Source of the DNA: Strigamia acuminata
Taxonomy: Eukaryota
DNA: 64,000 nucleotides
Direction: 5' to 3'
Assembly (NCBI GenBank): GCA_949358305.1
Contig: OX442314.1
Coordinates: 5,704,001-5,768,000 of the forward strand
The notes under the pieces were generated by a model. The model was not told the DNA's origin. It saw only the letters and a program-made list of their open reading frames with translations, and ran no database searches. The first letter of the stretch is position 1, and every line of letters starts with the position of its first letter. Positions 22,741-35,379 of this stretch are shown one piece after another. The position numbers and the translations under genes were made by a program.

Positions 22741-23701
22741 TAAGTTTAAAATTGAATTTGCATTAATACTTGTTTACTTTGCACCGACCTGATTGTTTTA
22801 TTCGTATTTTTATTCCGTAGTAACACCGCATGTAAAACTCATAAAATTATCCAAGCAGCAAGAATATTGATATAACATTCCATTGATTTCGAAAGTAGCA
22901 GTTTACAGTAAGTGTTGGATCTAACCTTATTAAAACCTTATATGTCCCTCCTCTTGTGAATAGAAACCCAAGTAAGAACAGGACCCAAATGAAACTGCCA
23001 TAACATGTTTTCAATTGAAAGAATGGGTGCTGAAAACTGAAATCTCTTTATTACATTCTGTCCTTTTCAGACAAACACTTTCCAGAGACGATGATATAAC
23101 GGTTGCATCATCGAAAACAGATTGCTCAAATTCACTTGGGAGCAGATCTGCAGATAGGGTCGTGGGACTTTCTCAGCCCAGGGTCTCTTTGGGCAAAGAA
23201 TGGGCCGCATCTCACACATCAATGCTTGCATCGATGCTGGTATAAAATTCAGGTTTATAGCAATAATGGAAGGTCCAGAACTTGGAAGGTAATTCATACA
23301 ATAGGCGTGTTCAATTTTAAATTGAAAAACCGATTCTCTCGATTATCTACATTTTCACTGCCGGAAATGATGCGAAATGCGTCATATTTTTGAGAATCGG
23401 ATTTTCGAAAAGCCAATTTGCATAATCTACGTGTGGGGTGGATTCTTTGGATTTCAACCTGATTTTAACACGTTTTTCTGGCGGCCATTTTGAAATCAAA
23501 TAGATCGGCGGTAAAAGCACATACAAAAACGTAAGTACATTTAAATTATTTGTGAAGATTTCGAGTTCGAGAGGTGAAAGACGAAGGAACGCTCATCACC
23601 AGAGGGCGCTTGGACATTGCACGTCCAATAAACGTTTGACATCGACAAAGTTCGACAGACGATTTGTTGTAAACAGCCAATCCGGGCTGTCCAGTGAAAT
23701 A

Positions 23702-24023
23702 CCATATATCTTCCATTTGTCCGGGAGCCTCTATTTGCCCGCGGGCCTCGATTAACGCGCGGATAAAAAATCGGCGGTGTAAATAGCGCGCGGACCTCGA
23801 AAAAAGCGCATGGGCAAAACGTTTTGCATACGTTTCGGCAGAAAAGTGCCGAAACGTATGGAAAACGTTTCATTTGTCACCCTTTTTTGATGTTTTCTCA
23901 GCATCGGCCAATTGGCCAATGCTGGGTTTTTTGTACGTGTAAATGACCCGCCCCCTCGATTAGCGTGCGGGAAAATTTTTTTTTTGCAAATAGTGCACGG
24001 GGGCGCTATTGGAAGATATACGG
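23702..24023. mobile_element. pogo-type MITE
   Basis: TIRs CCATATATCTTCCA/TGGAAGATATACGG; TA TSD. Confidence 0.7.
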
Positions 24024-24133
24024 TAGATAAACCCTTGTTTTAGAATAAGGAATCACTTTGAATTTACCAAGCAAGCGTGTGTGTCGCAGTCTGCCATTTT
24101 TATTTCAAAGTCAAACTAGCAATAGTTTACATA

Positions 24134-24267
24134 TTATTTATTTATTTCAAACCTGGGAATCGGCCAAACACCGCCCGCATTTGTGGAATCGAATGCGACG
24201 GGTGTTTGGCTGCATTTGATCACACAAGGTGTTTGATCGATTCCCAGGTCTTAAATAAATAAATAAT
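24134..24267. repeat. Short inverted repeat / mini-MITE
   Basis: TATTTATTT..ACCTGGGAATCG..CAAACACC mirrored by GGTGTTTG..CGATTCCCAGGT..AAATAAATA. Confidence 0.65.
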
Positions 24268-24938
24268 AAATTAAATAGATAATCAAAAACTTGATTATAG
24301 AATTGGTTTTTAACTCGTTCAAAGTTAAAAACCGATTCTGTAATCAAGTTTTTGAAATTGGATTTTGGTAATTTGGAATTGAACACGCCTAAGGTCATTC
24401 ATCATGCAAAAAACATAGAGGGTGCTGATGATACAGACTCATAAAATATCAAGATATTGTATAGCGTAATGCAAGTAAGCGAACGTAGCAAATGCCGTGC
24501 AGGGAAGTTTCGGAAGAGTTTTTGGATCGGTGCAGTGTGCTTGTAGCATTTTAATTTACAGGCTACAATTGGAAGGTTTGGAAATATTGCCATGTGATTT
24601 CCAAACAAAGACTAAGTATTAGCTCATAGGGTCTTGGAAATCCACTACAAGCCCCTCAACGAGACTGGGTAAATTTTGAAAAATGACGCTTTATTGCTGT
24701 GTAAACACAGCAAAATAATAATAATAATAGTTTATTTATACTACCTTAGTAATCCTGTCCCTCCCAACAGCCATAGCCTACAGCGGGAGAGACAGGACTT
24801 AATTATCAAAAAAGCAACACTATACAATACCGGATAACAAAATCACAAAGAGAAAGATAAATAAATAAGAATTCACCAATTAAACACAGTTAATCTATCA
24901 CTACACAAAATAACCATACAAGTCTCGTTTTAATTCCC

Positions 24939-25055
24939 TGTGACGATTCTACTTTTGGCTGATTTAATAGCCATTTAAGATAGATAAATAATCGGTTTAA
25001 ACAAGACGTTGCTAGGAGTAGCAACAACCTAACCGAGATAAGCTTACGGAAGTCT
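24939..25055 (-). repeat. Truncated LTR end fragment related to element E
   Basis: TGTGACGATTCTACTTTTGG...CAAGACGTTGCTA...CCTAACCGAGATAAGC aligns with 49862-49975. Confidence 0.75.
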
Positions 25056-25912
25056 GTGTAAAATATGAATCATTAGGTGCATTCAAAGTTAAAATCCAAA
25101 TTTGACTTATCATAATCTGAATTATCAATAATTCATGTAAGTCATTTGGTCAAACTCCATACAAAGTGAACAATTATTTGGCTGATGTGGCTGAAATATC
25201 TTACCAGCCACAGGAAATGATGTAATTTACATCACTGAAAAGATAATTCAATTGCAATAAGTGGCCTGTTGATAAGTCACTCCAATCATGACTTATCAAT
25301 AAGTGGCTGATGGAAAAATTCCTCCAATCATGGCTGAGCACATGAATTATTTGGCCACTGGAATAAGTCATTCAAGATGGATGCCCCCAGTCAGTCTATC
25401 ATGAAAAGAGGAATCCAGCAAAAACCTGGTCAAGGACTCAAGAAATGAGCAGTGCTCATTACCTAGCTGAACAGCCATACTTATCAAAAGCAAGGTTAGT
25501 AATTGCTGACATTTTTAAACACAAATTTATGTTTCGAGCGCACGCCGATCGTACGATTGCCAGGGCCGCACATTTCCGACACGTTCGCGGCGTCGACCGC
25601 TAATCGACGAGGAACGTCGCACGGACGTTCGCGGACAACGAGGAACGTTGCACGGACGTTCGCAAACAACGAGGAACGTCGCCGAAACGTTCGCGAAGGA
25701 CGTGCCGTGCAGCACAGAATGCGCCCAGACGACGGTTTGTACCATTTGGACTCGTGCGAGGCATTTTTGAACGTTTTGCATGTTTTTGGACGTTTTTTAG
25801 ACCCAAATTTCGAGAGGAAAACACACGTGACGTGTGGGAATCGATTTTGACACCATAGACCAGCAAAAATTGTGAATTTCGGACATTTTGACCAGAAAAA
25901 TACACGTGAAGT

Positions 25913-26908
25913 TGTGGTGACCCGACTGGGGTGGGGCACGAAGAGTTTCTCTCGTGGCCTACATACGGGTAAAGAAGGGGAGTCGCACGCGCGCCTCCCT
26001 TCCCTCAGAGCATTGACATCCAGTCAATGGACGGGCGTCTGCCCTGGGGGAGTGGGGGAGATTCGTCTTCTCCACTATTGGGTGGCTTTAGTCACCTGTC
26101 ACCCCCCGCTTTGTGCAAAGGAATTCGCCTTGCACTGAGCGGGCAGAACCAACACAAAAATCAACCAAGATACACGTAAAAGCCAAACGTCCTAAAACGA
26201 TCAAGCCTAAGTACAAAGACTTCAGGAGTGACCTAGGACAAGGGACTTTCAACGTGAGTACGATTGATTTGTGTTAACCTCCGCAGAGTAACCTGCGAAA
26301 CAAGATTACCACACTATTTTAGCAAGCCAGCTAGAAATAGTAAACCTACTCCAATTTAGCGAGTTGTGCAGACAAACGGTCGCACAAGCCTAAATTGCAG
26401 TAACCACGACGAGCGTTCCCGCCGCTGTGTGTATCGCCGGGAACCACCAAGCGTCCGCCGCTGTGTGATCGCCGGACACCTACAAAAAACCCTAAACCTA
26501 GACAACAGACCAGAAGTAAGACCTTTCAGGCATTCACTCGCGCCCGACCAGCGTGAGCCCGAAGGACCGAACGAGAAACGTGAGACGAGGACGCCATTCA
26601 TTGCCACGCCGGCCCAAGACGACACCACGTTGCCACGCGGACGCCATCTTGGATCCACAGCGACAAAGGACGACCTCGACCAGTTTCCCGCCAACTTCAC
26701 ACCCCTTTCCTTTTACCTTTTTATTCCCTTACATATTTTATTCCCTTTTAACTGTATATTCCCGTATAATAAATACATTTATTATATTTACCTTTTACAT
26801 TGTCTTGCCGTGTTACATTATTTGGGTAACCGCTTGAGTAAAGCGGTATTGCGAGATCAGAGAGTGACTCATACCACGTATCAGCGACAGACCGAGTTGA
26901 GCGCGACA
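25913..26908 (+). repeat. Element B 5' LTR
   Basis: TGTGGTGACCC...GCGCGACA; repeated at offset 21954. Confidence 0.97.
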
Positions 26909-26910
26909 CG

Positions 26911-26928
26911 TGGGGGCCTGTCCGGGAT
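26911..26928 (+). promoter_or_regulatory. Element B PBS, tRNA-Pro-like
   Basis: TGGGGGCCTGTCCGGGAT. Confidence 0.8.
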
Positions 26929-26976
26929 CGATTTAAACGACTCGAATAGAACTTGAGATCATTTTCATACCCAAAA

Positions 26977-29937
26977 ATGGCAGACAATATCCGAGTAACG
27001 GATTCCGACTCCGACGCGAACAAGAGAGCCGGCAGTCGTAAAGGCGCCGACTATCACTTGCGATCTGGAGGTCCCTTACCCAAAGCCTCAGCGCACGAAG
27101 CGAGGCAAAAACGGCGCAAGCCTAAACCCGATCGCAGAAGCGCATCAGAGGCATCGCACCCGTCTCGTTCCGAGACGAGGCAGCGATTGGACGAGACAGA
27201 GCGGGGTGAAGAGCAATCTCACTCCAAACTGCCGCGTTCTAACCGTGACGGCGAGACGAGCGGAAACGAGGTTTTATCCCGTAACCCATCGCCTCGTCTA
27301 ACGCACGACACCGAGGTGGGCAGTCCGAAAGCGGCGTCTCCGATACAAAAGACGGCCTCAAACACGACAGCTAATTCGGCACTAAACACGCCAATTACGC
27401 AAAGCCGCCCAGCTTCGGTCAGGTCCGAAGGACACAAGTCCAATGCGTCAAAAACTGAGCGTGTTCCGAGCCAGCCTTACAGCGTCTCGGCCACATTGGT
27501 TGACACGATGCAGTTGGCACAGGCAGAAGGTGTACGATACACTCTGCCAACGGGAAAAATAACTGTGTACGAAACATTACAAATCGTACGTGCAGCTTTA
27601 AGAGCGCACAGGTTATCCCCGGAAATCACCGTTGTTGAAGGCGCATACGCTCAACAAATGGTAGACTCCGCTCAATTCGAAGCGGATGCCGAGAATGAGG
27701 CCCGACAAGCCATCCGCGAGAGAAAGCGGAAGCTGGCGGAAAGAGAAGCGCGAGCTCTCGAGTACGGCAAATCCCAGCGCGTTCCGACTACTCCAGAAGA
27801 AGTCGAAATAGTTGATCGAGCCTTACGTGCACATCGTTATGCATTCCGTTCTCAACAAGAAGCTGAACAAGCTTTCATGACTAGGCTGCAACGAGACAAA
27901 CCAAAATCCGTTAGCAAGCCAGAAGTTAGCTCGTCCGAATTGTCCGACGAGAGCGTCGAAGGCGACCCGAAGCGCACGCCGAAGGTCAGCCCCAAACCCG
28001 AGCGAAAAAAGGAAGTGCCAGTCACTCCACGCAAACGGGAAGTCTCGACCGAACAACGCGTTCGACCTCGCATGATGGCGTTAGACGATAACACTAACAA
28101 CGCTATCAACCGATTAATAAATGCGAACAACGCGCGTCGTAACGAAGAACAGACTCACACGAGCCGACAACGCGACGACCCGCGGGGTAGCGACTGGCCA
28201 CAGCCGGTGCCCATCCTCAAAGACGACGGACCTTCGAGAAAACATTCCGAAGACCGCACATCGTCACGAGAGGAACGTCAACGCGAAAGAGGACAGCAAC
28301 AGTATCACTACGGAAACAGTGATTCGTCGTCGGATGAACTGGAGTCGAATGCACCCAGTCATCACGATTCGGAGAGAGGTTCCGGAGAAAGACGAAGGGA
28401 AAGAGAACGCGATGAACGCAGGGAAAGGGAACGTGACGACCGTCGTAGGGGCCGGAAAGAGTCAAACTCTTCACGGCGCAACCCGCCACGCCGCTCACCG
28501 TCTCCCGACCCCAGCTCCGACCCCTCGTCCAACGACGACAGACGAAATGATAAGTCAAGTAATCGCCGGAAGAGATCCAACTCTCCGCGCGATAGAGAGA
28601 AACGACGTCGATCGGAAAATAGCGACCACCGACGGGAGGAGTTTCAGGACCTTCCCCGACAAAGCGCGTTTACCGATTCGACGGGTCGGCAGTATACGAT
28701 GGGAGAGCTTGGAAGAGCCCTGCTTGGCTCGTTAAAAGCCGAAGGAATCGATCTGAGCAAACGAAATGATCGTAATCGTAACACTGGTGACCGCGTAAAG
28801 AAAAAATACGCTGTCTCCCGACGTGACACCATGAGTGTTACCGGGAATATTAGGTGGCAATTTTATATTCAGAACCGTTTCGACGGGTCATGGAAAGCGG
28901 GAGATCGCTTCCTTGACGAAGTAATTCGGATTAAGACTGCCACTAAAGCCACCGTAGGAGACATGCTCACCCACGGTATTGTCGAGCTAATGACAGGCTC
29001 GGCACGTGAGTGGTACCAAGGATTGAAAGGCGTCAATTGGGACGACTTTTTAATGAGATTCGACCTGCGCTACGGCGAGACACCCGAAGAGGTGAGCCGA
29101 AAGATGCGAGGTCTTCGCCAGATGCCTGGTGAAACCATAATGGATTACGACATTCGCGCCAGATTGTTGTTCGAAAAGGCCCCGATGGAATTTCATGCCA
29201 CGGGATTCAACCTTTTCTTTCTCGGCGGTTTGTCGGAATACTCGCAACGGGTGCTACTTGAAGAAAGGGCACCGACAGGAGGCAGCTACAAAGAAATGAG
29301 CGCCTTCCTGTTCGAGAACACGATAGATATCGAGAAGAGATATTATTCCGCTTTACCAGAAGCGGAGAAAGCAGCAACCGCTAAACGTCTCAAGTTGAGT
29401 GCGGAAAGATATGGGGCGACAGACAAAATCATGCGCCCTACTGAATATCTTAGCGGTATAATGGAGCTGGCAGAAGCTAGCGTTGGTTTACAAATAAAAA
29501 ATAAACTGACATCCACGCTGCCTTCCAACCCATTGGCCGCCCCTAAAAAGGCACCGACAGCGTCAGCCATGCAAGCGACACTGGAGGAGGTCAAGGAGGG
29601 GGAGGAAGCCGAACAAAATGTCGGAAAATCAGACGAAAAAGAAGAAAAAGACGATTATTCGACGGACGAAGAAATACGAAGCTATCGCGATACCTTATCA
29701 ACGGGTTGCGATGAGGAAGGACCGCTAGTACATCTCATCCATCGAGATAGAGCGGTAGAAGAATTTCGCGCCAGGTTAAAACCAAATGCCGGCCGAATTC
29801 CGAAGTATTTTCGAAAAAATTACACGCCACCGTCGAAAGTAGACCCTGAAAAAAAGAAATCGATTGAAGCCCCAAGAGACAAATCAAATATTCGTTGTTT
29901 TAAGTGTAACCAACCGGGTCACTATTCCAATGAGTGC
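26977..29937 (+). CDS. gag: Element B Gag, 5' part (to the end of the CCHC knuckle), interrupted
   Basis: ATG at 26977; capsid region highly similar to A Gag; CFKCNQPGHYSNEC ends at the TSD. Confidence 0.92.
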
Positions 29938-31851
29938 TATGACGGTTTACAATGGCTATAAATGCCTATTTTCTATCAAGAAAGCGCTGTTGCGCCAATA
30001 TGATGGTATTTTTACAATATTCTGTGTAAAACTGATAAATGTCTAGAATAAAGTCATTTATGATGTTTCAAATACAAAGATGTTCGTTTATTAAGAATAA
30101 ACACTAATTTCCACATGATACTAAAGTATCACGGCATAATTACGAAGATTCGTCTGCTAAAACCCGCATTTGTCAATGCTCCATATTGCCACTAGATGGC
30201 GCGATCGCAATTAGCGATAAATTCGAATACGAACTTGAAAACCTCATGATTAAATATAAACGTATATTTAATCAAGTGAATAAATTGTGTTAAATATTAA
30301 TATAAATATATATTAAATATCTGACATTGTTAAATACAATGTAACTTCCATTTCTGCGGGACAGAATGTTTAGCGATCAATCGGTCAACCGATCAATCTG
30401 ATTGGTGGAACCCATTTCCGGTCCTGGGTATCCAGTTCCGGTTGTAACAAGGATTAGCATAATTTGCATAAATGCTCCTCCGTATCCACTTCCGGTGATA
30501 CGGGATTGGAGGGATTCGTGGAACCCATGTTCCAATTGGATGACTGGATTAATCCTTAAATCCAGTCAGGTTATATAAACCCAAACAATCGGCCATTCCG
30601 CAGCTCTGTTTGATTATTTTCTGTTTGGTATTGTTACTTATGAAATATGATTCGTTGTTCACGTAAAAAACCTTTTGGTTCTTTGTTGATTTATTCGCAA
30701 AGAACCGTTGCATGATTCTACAGAATCATGCCACCGCCGGCAATTGAAGTCGAAGTGCTGGGATTATTATGTTGCATAAATGTTACAGTCTACGGTTGCG
30801 ACGCCGAAGGAGAACCCGCCGTTGTGCAATTCAGTATCCTCCGGACAGGACCAAGTTGTCTTTTTCGGTATGAACGTATTCCGTTACCACGAGTAGCATC
30901 GGTATTGTTGAGAATCGGTTCCTTCACCTGATGGTGCCAAAGCAGTCTGTTTTACAGTAACCACGAGTAGCACCAAGTGTTTGGCAAGCTGATTCTCATG
31001 GTATTCGATGCCAAAGCAGTCGGTCTATTATTAGTACCGCGAGAGATAAAACTGCTGTGCGGAGCCGCGAGCTATCGACCCCTGTGTACGTGGTACCGTC
31101 AACCACTCGATGGACGACCGTGCTGCGACGCCGGGGACGCTTGATACCGTTCTGCATGGCAAGGCGTATATTCTAATCGATGGCAATTGTGTGTTGCGAC
31201 GGGAAGCTTAATCTTCATTTTATTTATAACAGCAAAACTTAAACTCGACAACCAGTTGGACCAAAATCAAGTCAGAAGACTTAATCTCATATTGAACTCA
31301 ATATAACCGATAAGTTGACGACAACTTATTCCCGAAATATCTAAATAAGAATTCACAACGATATGAATTAAATATAATTCATAAGTGGAATATTGATAAG
31401 TAAATGAATACATTTACTTACACCAATATCCTCCCAAAGTTGTGGCGGTGCAGACAAAGTCAACCGCAATGCTCAGATCATTCGATTTATCGACGTGCGA
31501 TAGTTCACACAGCGAACCAAGGAAACCAGCGAAGCCGTATCGGACTCCAGGACACAGCCATCCGGCTTAAGATGACATCTATAATCAGGTCGAGCGATGG
31601 GGAAACCGCTCCCATATTCCAGACCCGTAGTGATATTATTCTAGGGCCAGTTGGCCAATTCTTTGTATAGTTTAATAGCTGATTTAACTTGCCAAATGTC
31701 GGCATTAGTCCTATGTATAATTTAGCCTTGATATTATTGTTTACCAACAATAAACTGTCTTGTATTTATCTCGTATTGTATTCACTGTTTATTTATTGCG
31801 ATCTCTTCCCGGTACCATTGTTAAATGGGAGTTGTGGTCGTCACTCTCACA
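29938..31851 (+). repeat. Element C 5' LTR
   Basis: Starts TATGACGG; TATATAAA at 30572; AATAAA ~31749; repeated at offset 7519. Confidence 0.95.
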
Positions 31852-31853
31852 CG

Positions 31854-31871
31854 TGGAGGTCCCACCGAGAT
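31854..31871 (+). promoter_or_regulatory. Element C PBS1 (tRNA-Gln); second copy at 32089-32106
   Basis: TGGAGGTCCCACCGAGAT, the complement of the tRNA-Gln 3' end. Confidence 0.9.
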
Positions 31872-34800
31872 TAGGTTGCAATTAAATTCGATTGAATTGC
31901 AACAGTGAATATTGGAGATAAATATTTAACTAAAAGATTTAAGTTAAAAATAGACAGATTAAATTTTCAGTTTATATTTCCATGTGAAGAAGTTAAACTG
32001 ATGAAATAGAAATACGTAGTAGATTTTCCTTCATTATTTTCGTTTGAAGATTTTAGGGATTTCAAAGACTACCACCTAATCTCACACGTGGAGGTCCCAC
32101 CGAGATTAGGTTGCAATTAAATTCGTTTGAATTGCAACAGTGAATATTTTGAGATAAATATTTAACTAAAAGATTTAGTTAAAAAACAGACAAGTTTCAA
32201 ACCATGTTTATTTTCTTGAGAAACACCAAAACAGTCCTTTAACTAGGAATTTCGGAAGTTATAGACCTATCACACGATCACTGAAATAGGTTGCAAATTA
32301 ATTCGATCGAATTGCAAAAGCGAATCTTGAATCCGATATTAACTAAAAAATTTTAGTTAAAACAGACAAATAGATTTTCAGTTTATATTTTCATGTGAAA
32401 AGTTAAACTGACGAAATGGAAACGTTTAGTGAACTCTCTTTACTATTTTCGTTCGACAATTTAAGGAATACGAAGTATTTTAAATAAGAAATCAAAAAAG
32501 TTTCGAGTGAAATAAGAATACAGATATTTTTTTTTCGAAGTTTGTTTTATTTCGAAAAGCTAAAAACATACAAGTTTAGAAGGCGGACTTCTTACGAATT
32601 TATCTTTCCACCTGAAAAGTTAAAACGAAGAAAACACCGCAACTATTTGGAAATATTTACAAGAAATTAAGTTTCTTGTAACTGTACGTCGACACCGATA
32701 GCCAGCGACCACGCGCCATAGCAATACGCGTCGATCTCCGTATCAAACGCAGCAGGGAAGCTACTCAAACCTTCAATGCAAGGTGCGAACGAATGCTTGG
32801 AAATTATGGCGGACAACAGATAAAAGACAGCGGAGAAATGTTACAGAAGGTTCGTAGAGATTTATTTAAGTGTCGCGAACTAATTTTTCCACTGCCATCG
32901 GTACCGAAGATAATTTAGTTGTTGAAGAAAAACAACACACTCCATTTCGCAGAAAAGATTTGCAAATCGAAATGAATATTACCTTTATTTGAAGGAATTA
33001 ACTATTTTCACAAAAAGTACATTTTTTCCTTCGGGACAATGGAAATTAAGAAAATATAAAATGGCGGCGAATGAAGTTGCCGACCACGTAGAATAGTATT
33101 TTTTACATTGAAAGTTACGAATCACGAAAAACGCTTTCCCTCGGAAAAGTAAAAGGATTTCATTCAATCTTTCCTTTCGGAAATTTAACAAGTGTTTTAA
33201 GTTTCCAACGATATTTGGGTCTCCCAAATTTTGAGAATTTCTAAATGAAATTTAGCTGTTTGAAAAACAACGAATATTTTTAGTAATCTAATCGGACATT
33301 TTCCCACATGATTTCTTAAAACCGGAATAACAAATCCATTTGTGGCTATGAACTTTGCCACATGAAATATTTACGGAGCGAATATTTTTTGATTGGATTG
33401 AAGCTTTAAAATCAGATAGCTGATTTAAACGAAGAAAATAAGTTTCAAAGTAATTATTTTTCTTTCGGAAAAATCAAATAAATCACCGCTGATGAAAAGT
33501 TGTATTTTTCCATTCGAAAAAACTAAGAATTGCACAAGATTTATCTTCTATTTTGAACATAGATTTTATTCGGAAAAGGAAAGATTCTAGATACATTATT
33601 TTTCTCTAAAAATTAAGAATTTAGTCAATTTTCCTAAAGGTTAATGGAATGTCATCATATATTTCGTTCGTAATTTACGTGTTAAAGTTTAATCAGAAAA
33701 ACGATTGAATATGTTTTATTTGCGATAAGTAAAAGAAAGGTTCTTTAAAAATGGAATTTCGATGCAAATCCCACAGTAAAGGGAATGTTATGTGTGAGCA
33801 ATTAACGAAAAGTTGGAATAACTTCATTTTATTTCATTCAAAAGTAGTTGTGAAAAATCAATTTCAAATATTTTTCAAAGAAAAATTATTTTTATCGGAA
33901 AAAAGTAATTTACATGTCCTCGCGCGGACCGAGTAGTAAACTGCTTAATTGTGACATCGATACTGTTATTGTGTCACGTGTTATACGGAATTCCAAACCA
34001 GTGAATTACGAATTTTGGCGCGATAGGAATAGAAGTTTGACAGTGAAAGTTCTCCAGATTTGTCTTTTCATTTGAAAAGTTCAAATTGAGGAAATGCTGC
34101 AGCAGATGAAGGTATTTACGACAATTGAGATTTAAATATTCTTTCATTCAAAAGATAAAAGATCTCTGCAAAAACATCTCGTTATTAGAGATAAGGGGGA
34201 CGAAAATTATTAAAACGAATAATCAAAGACACGTCCTTCGTAAATATCGCAAAGGAATAACTAATTGTGAAAACAATTGTCCGCTCAGGAAAAGTGGAAT
34301 TTAGCTAGATATTTTCTTTCGAAAAATCAAAGCAATTGTCATCAAAAAAGAAAGATTTGATGAATAATTTTTACCCAAAAGTCTAAAGGATTGTCGAATA
34401 GTTTTCTCCCGAAAAACAAGTACACATTTGTACCAATAACTTTATCGTTTAAAGTAAAATTTCGAATATTTTCTTTTGGAAGATTAGAGAATTAGATAAT
34501 TTTTCTCGCAAAACAAATTTAAAGAATTTTAACGAATTTTTATTTGTTAAAAAAATTTGTTAAAAAAGGGGGAGATGGATGGTGAAAATTTATTTTTTCA
34601 CACTCGAAAAATGGAATTTAAACCCGAAAAAGTAAAGACTTGGTCAAATTATTCTTCCTATTGGAAATGAATACACAATGTTGGGAATCGAAAATAGATT
34701 TCAATTACAAAGGAATGATTATTTGAACGATAATTGAATAAGAATAAGAAAAATTGAGAGTTTGAGAAAACTTTATTAAAGTTGTGGTTGTAACGATATC

Positions 34801-35039
34801 ACACACTAACGGAATAATTAAAAGAAAAATATTTTTTGAAGAAAAGTTATTTAATTATTTGGATTGGTAAAAATCCCAAAGTTCAAGAAGATTGAAGTAA
34901 GTTTATTTTATTTTCATTTGAAAAATACAATATTTTACGAATGTCTTCCCGAAGGAATTTTATTTTATCGGTAAAATTGAATCTCGAAGGGAACGGACTT
35001 AGTAGAGAACTACTAAATAGATGTAACGTCCTTTATACC

Positions 35040-35137
35040 ATTGGCCGACACTAACATCCGCCAATCAGAAGTTGGGAGATCTAGGGATCCCCAGCCCCCT
35101 GCTATTAAAGGAGGACCAGATCAGATACTGATCATTC
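35040..35137 (+). promoter_or_regulatory. Putative internal Pol II promoter of element C (CCAAT boxes, TATA-like box, Inr)
   Basis: ATTGG 35040, CCAAT 35061, TATTAAA 35103, TCATTC 35132 (TATA at -31 relative to the Inr A). Confidence 0.6.
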
Positions 35138-35379
35138 GCATCCAGACCAGACCAGAAGACGTGTTCCAGAGTCATCTTGACCACGCCGTCCCGATTTCAG
35201 TCACGATTCGAATTTTGTGTGCCGTGTAACCTGCAAAAGCTAACACGTGTCAAACAAACGCGAAGTTTAATTTTATTTTGTCAAAAGTAAAGTTTAGAAG
35301 TGTTTCTTGTTGAAAAGTGTATTATATTCGTCTTCTTTATAAATTAAAGAATTAAAATCGTCAGATTTTGAATTTTTTT

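Larger units (their letters stand above)
23304..24389. mobile_element. Putative TIR element hosting nested MITEs
   Basis: TIRs GGCGTGTTCAATT/AATTGAACACGCC flanked by TA. Confidence 0.55.

Noticed and set aside
24714..24800. Possible LINE/SINE 3' end (stem-loop plus (TTA)n tail, minus strand)
   Set aside because: Too short; no TSD or body identified
32688..32920. Short open stretch after the PBS repeats in C as a gag relic
   Set aside because: No ATG at its start and no recognisable gag motif
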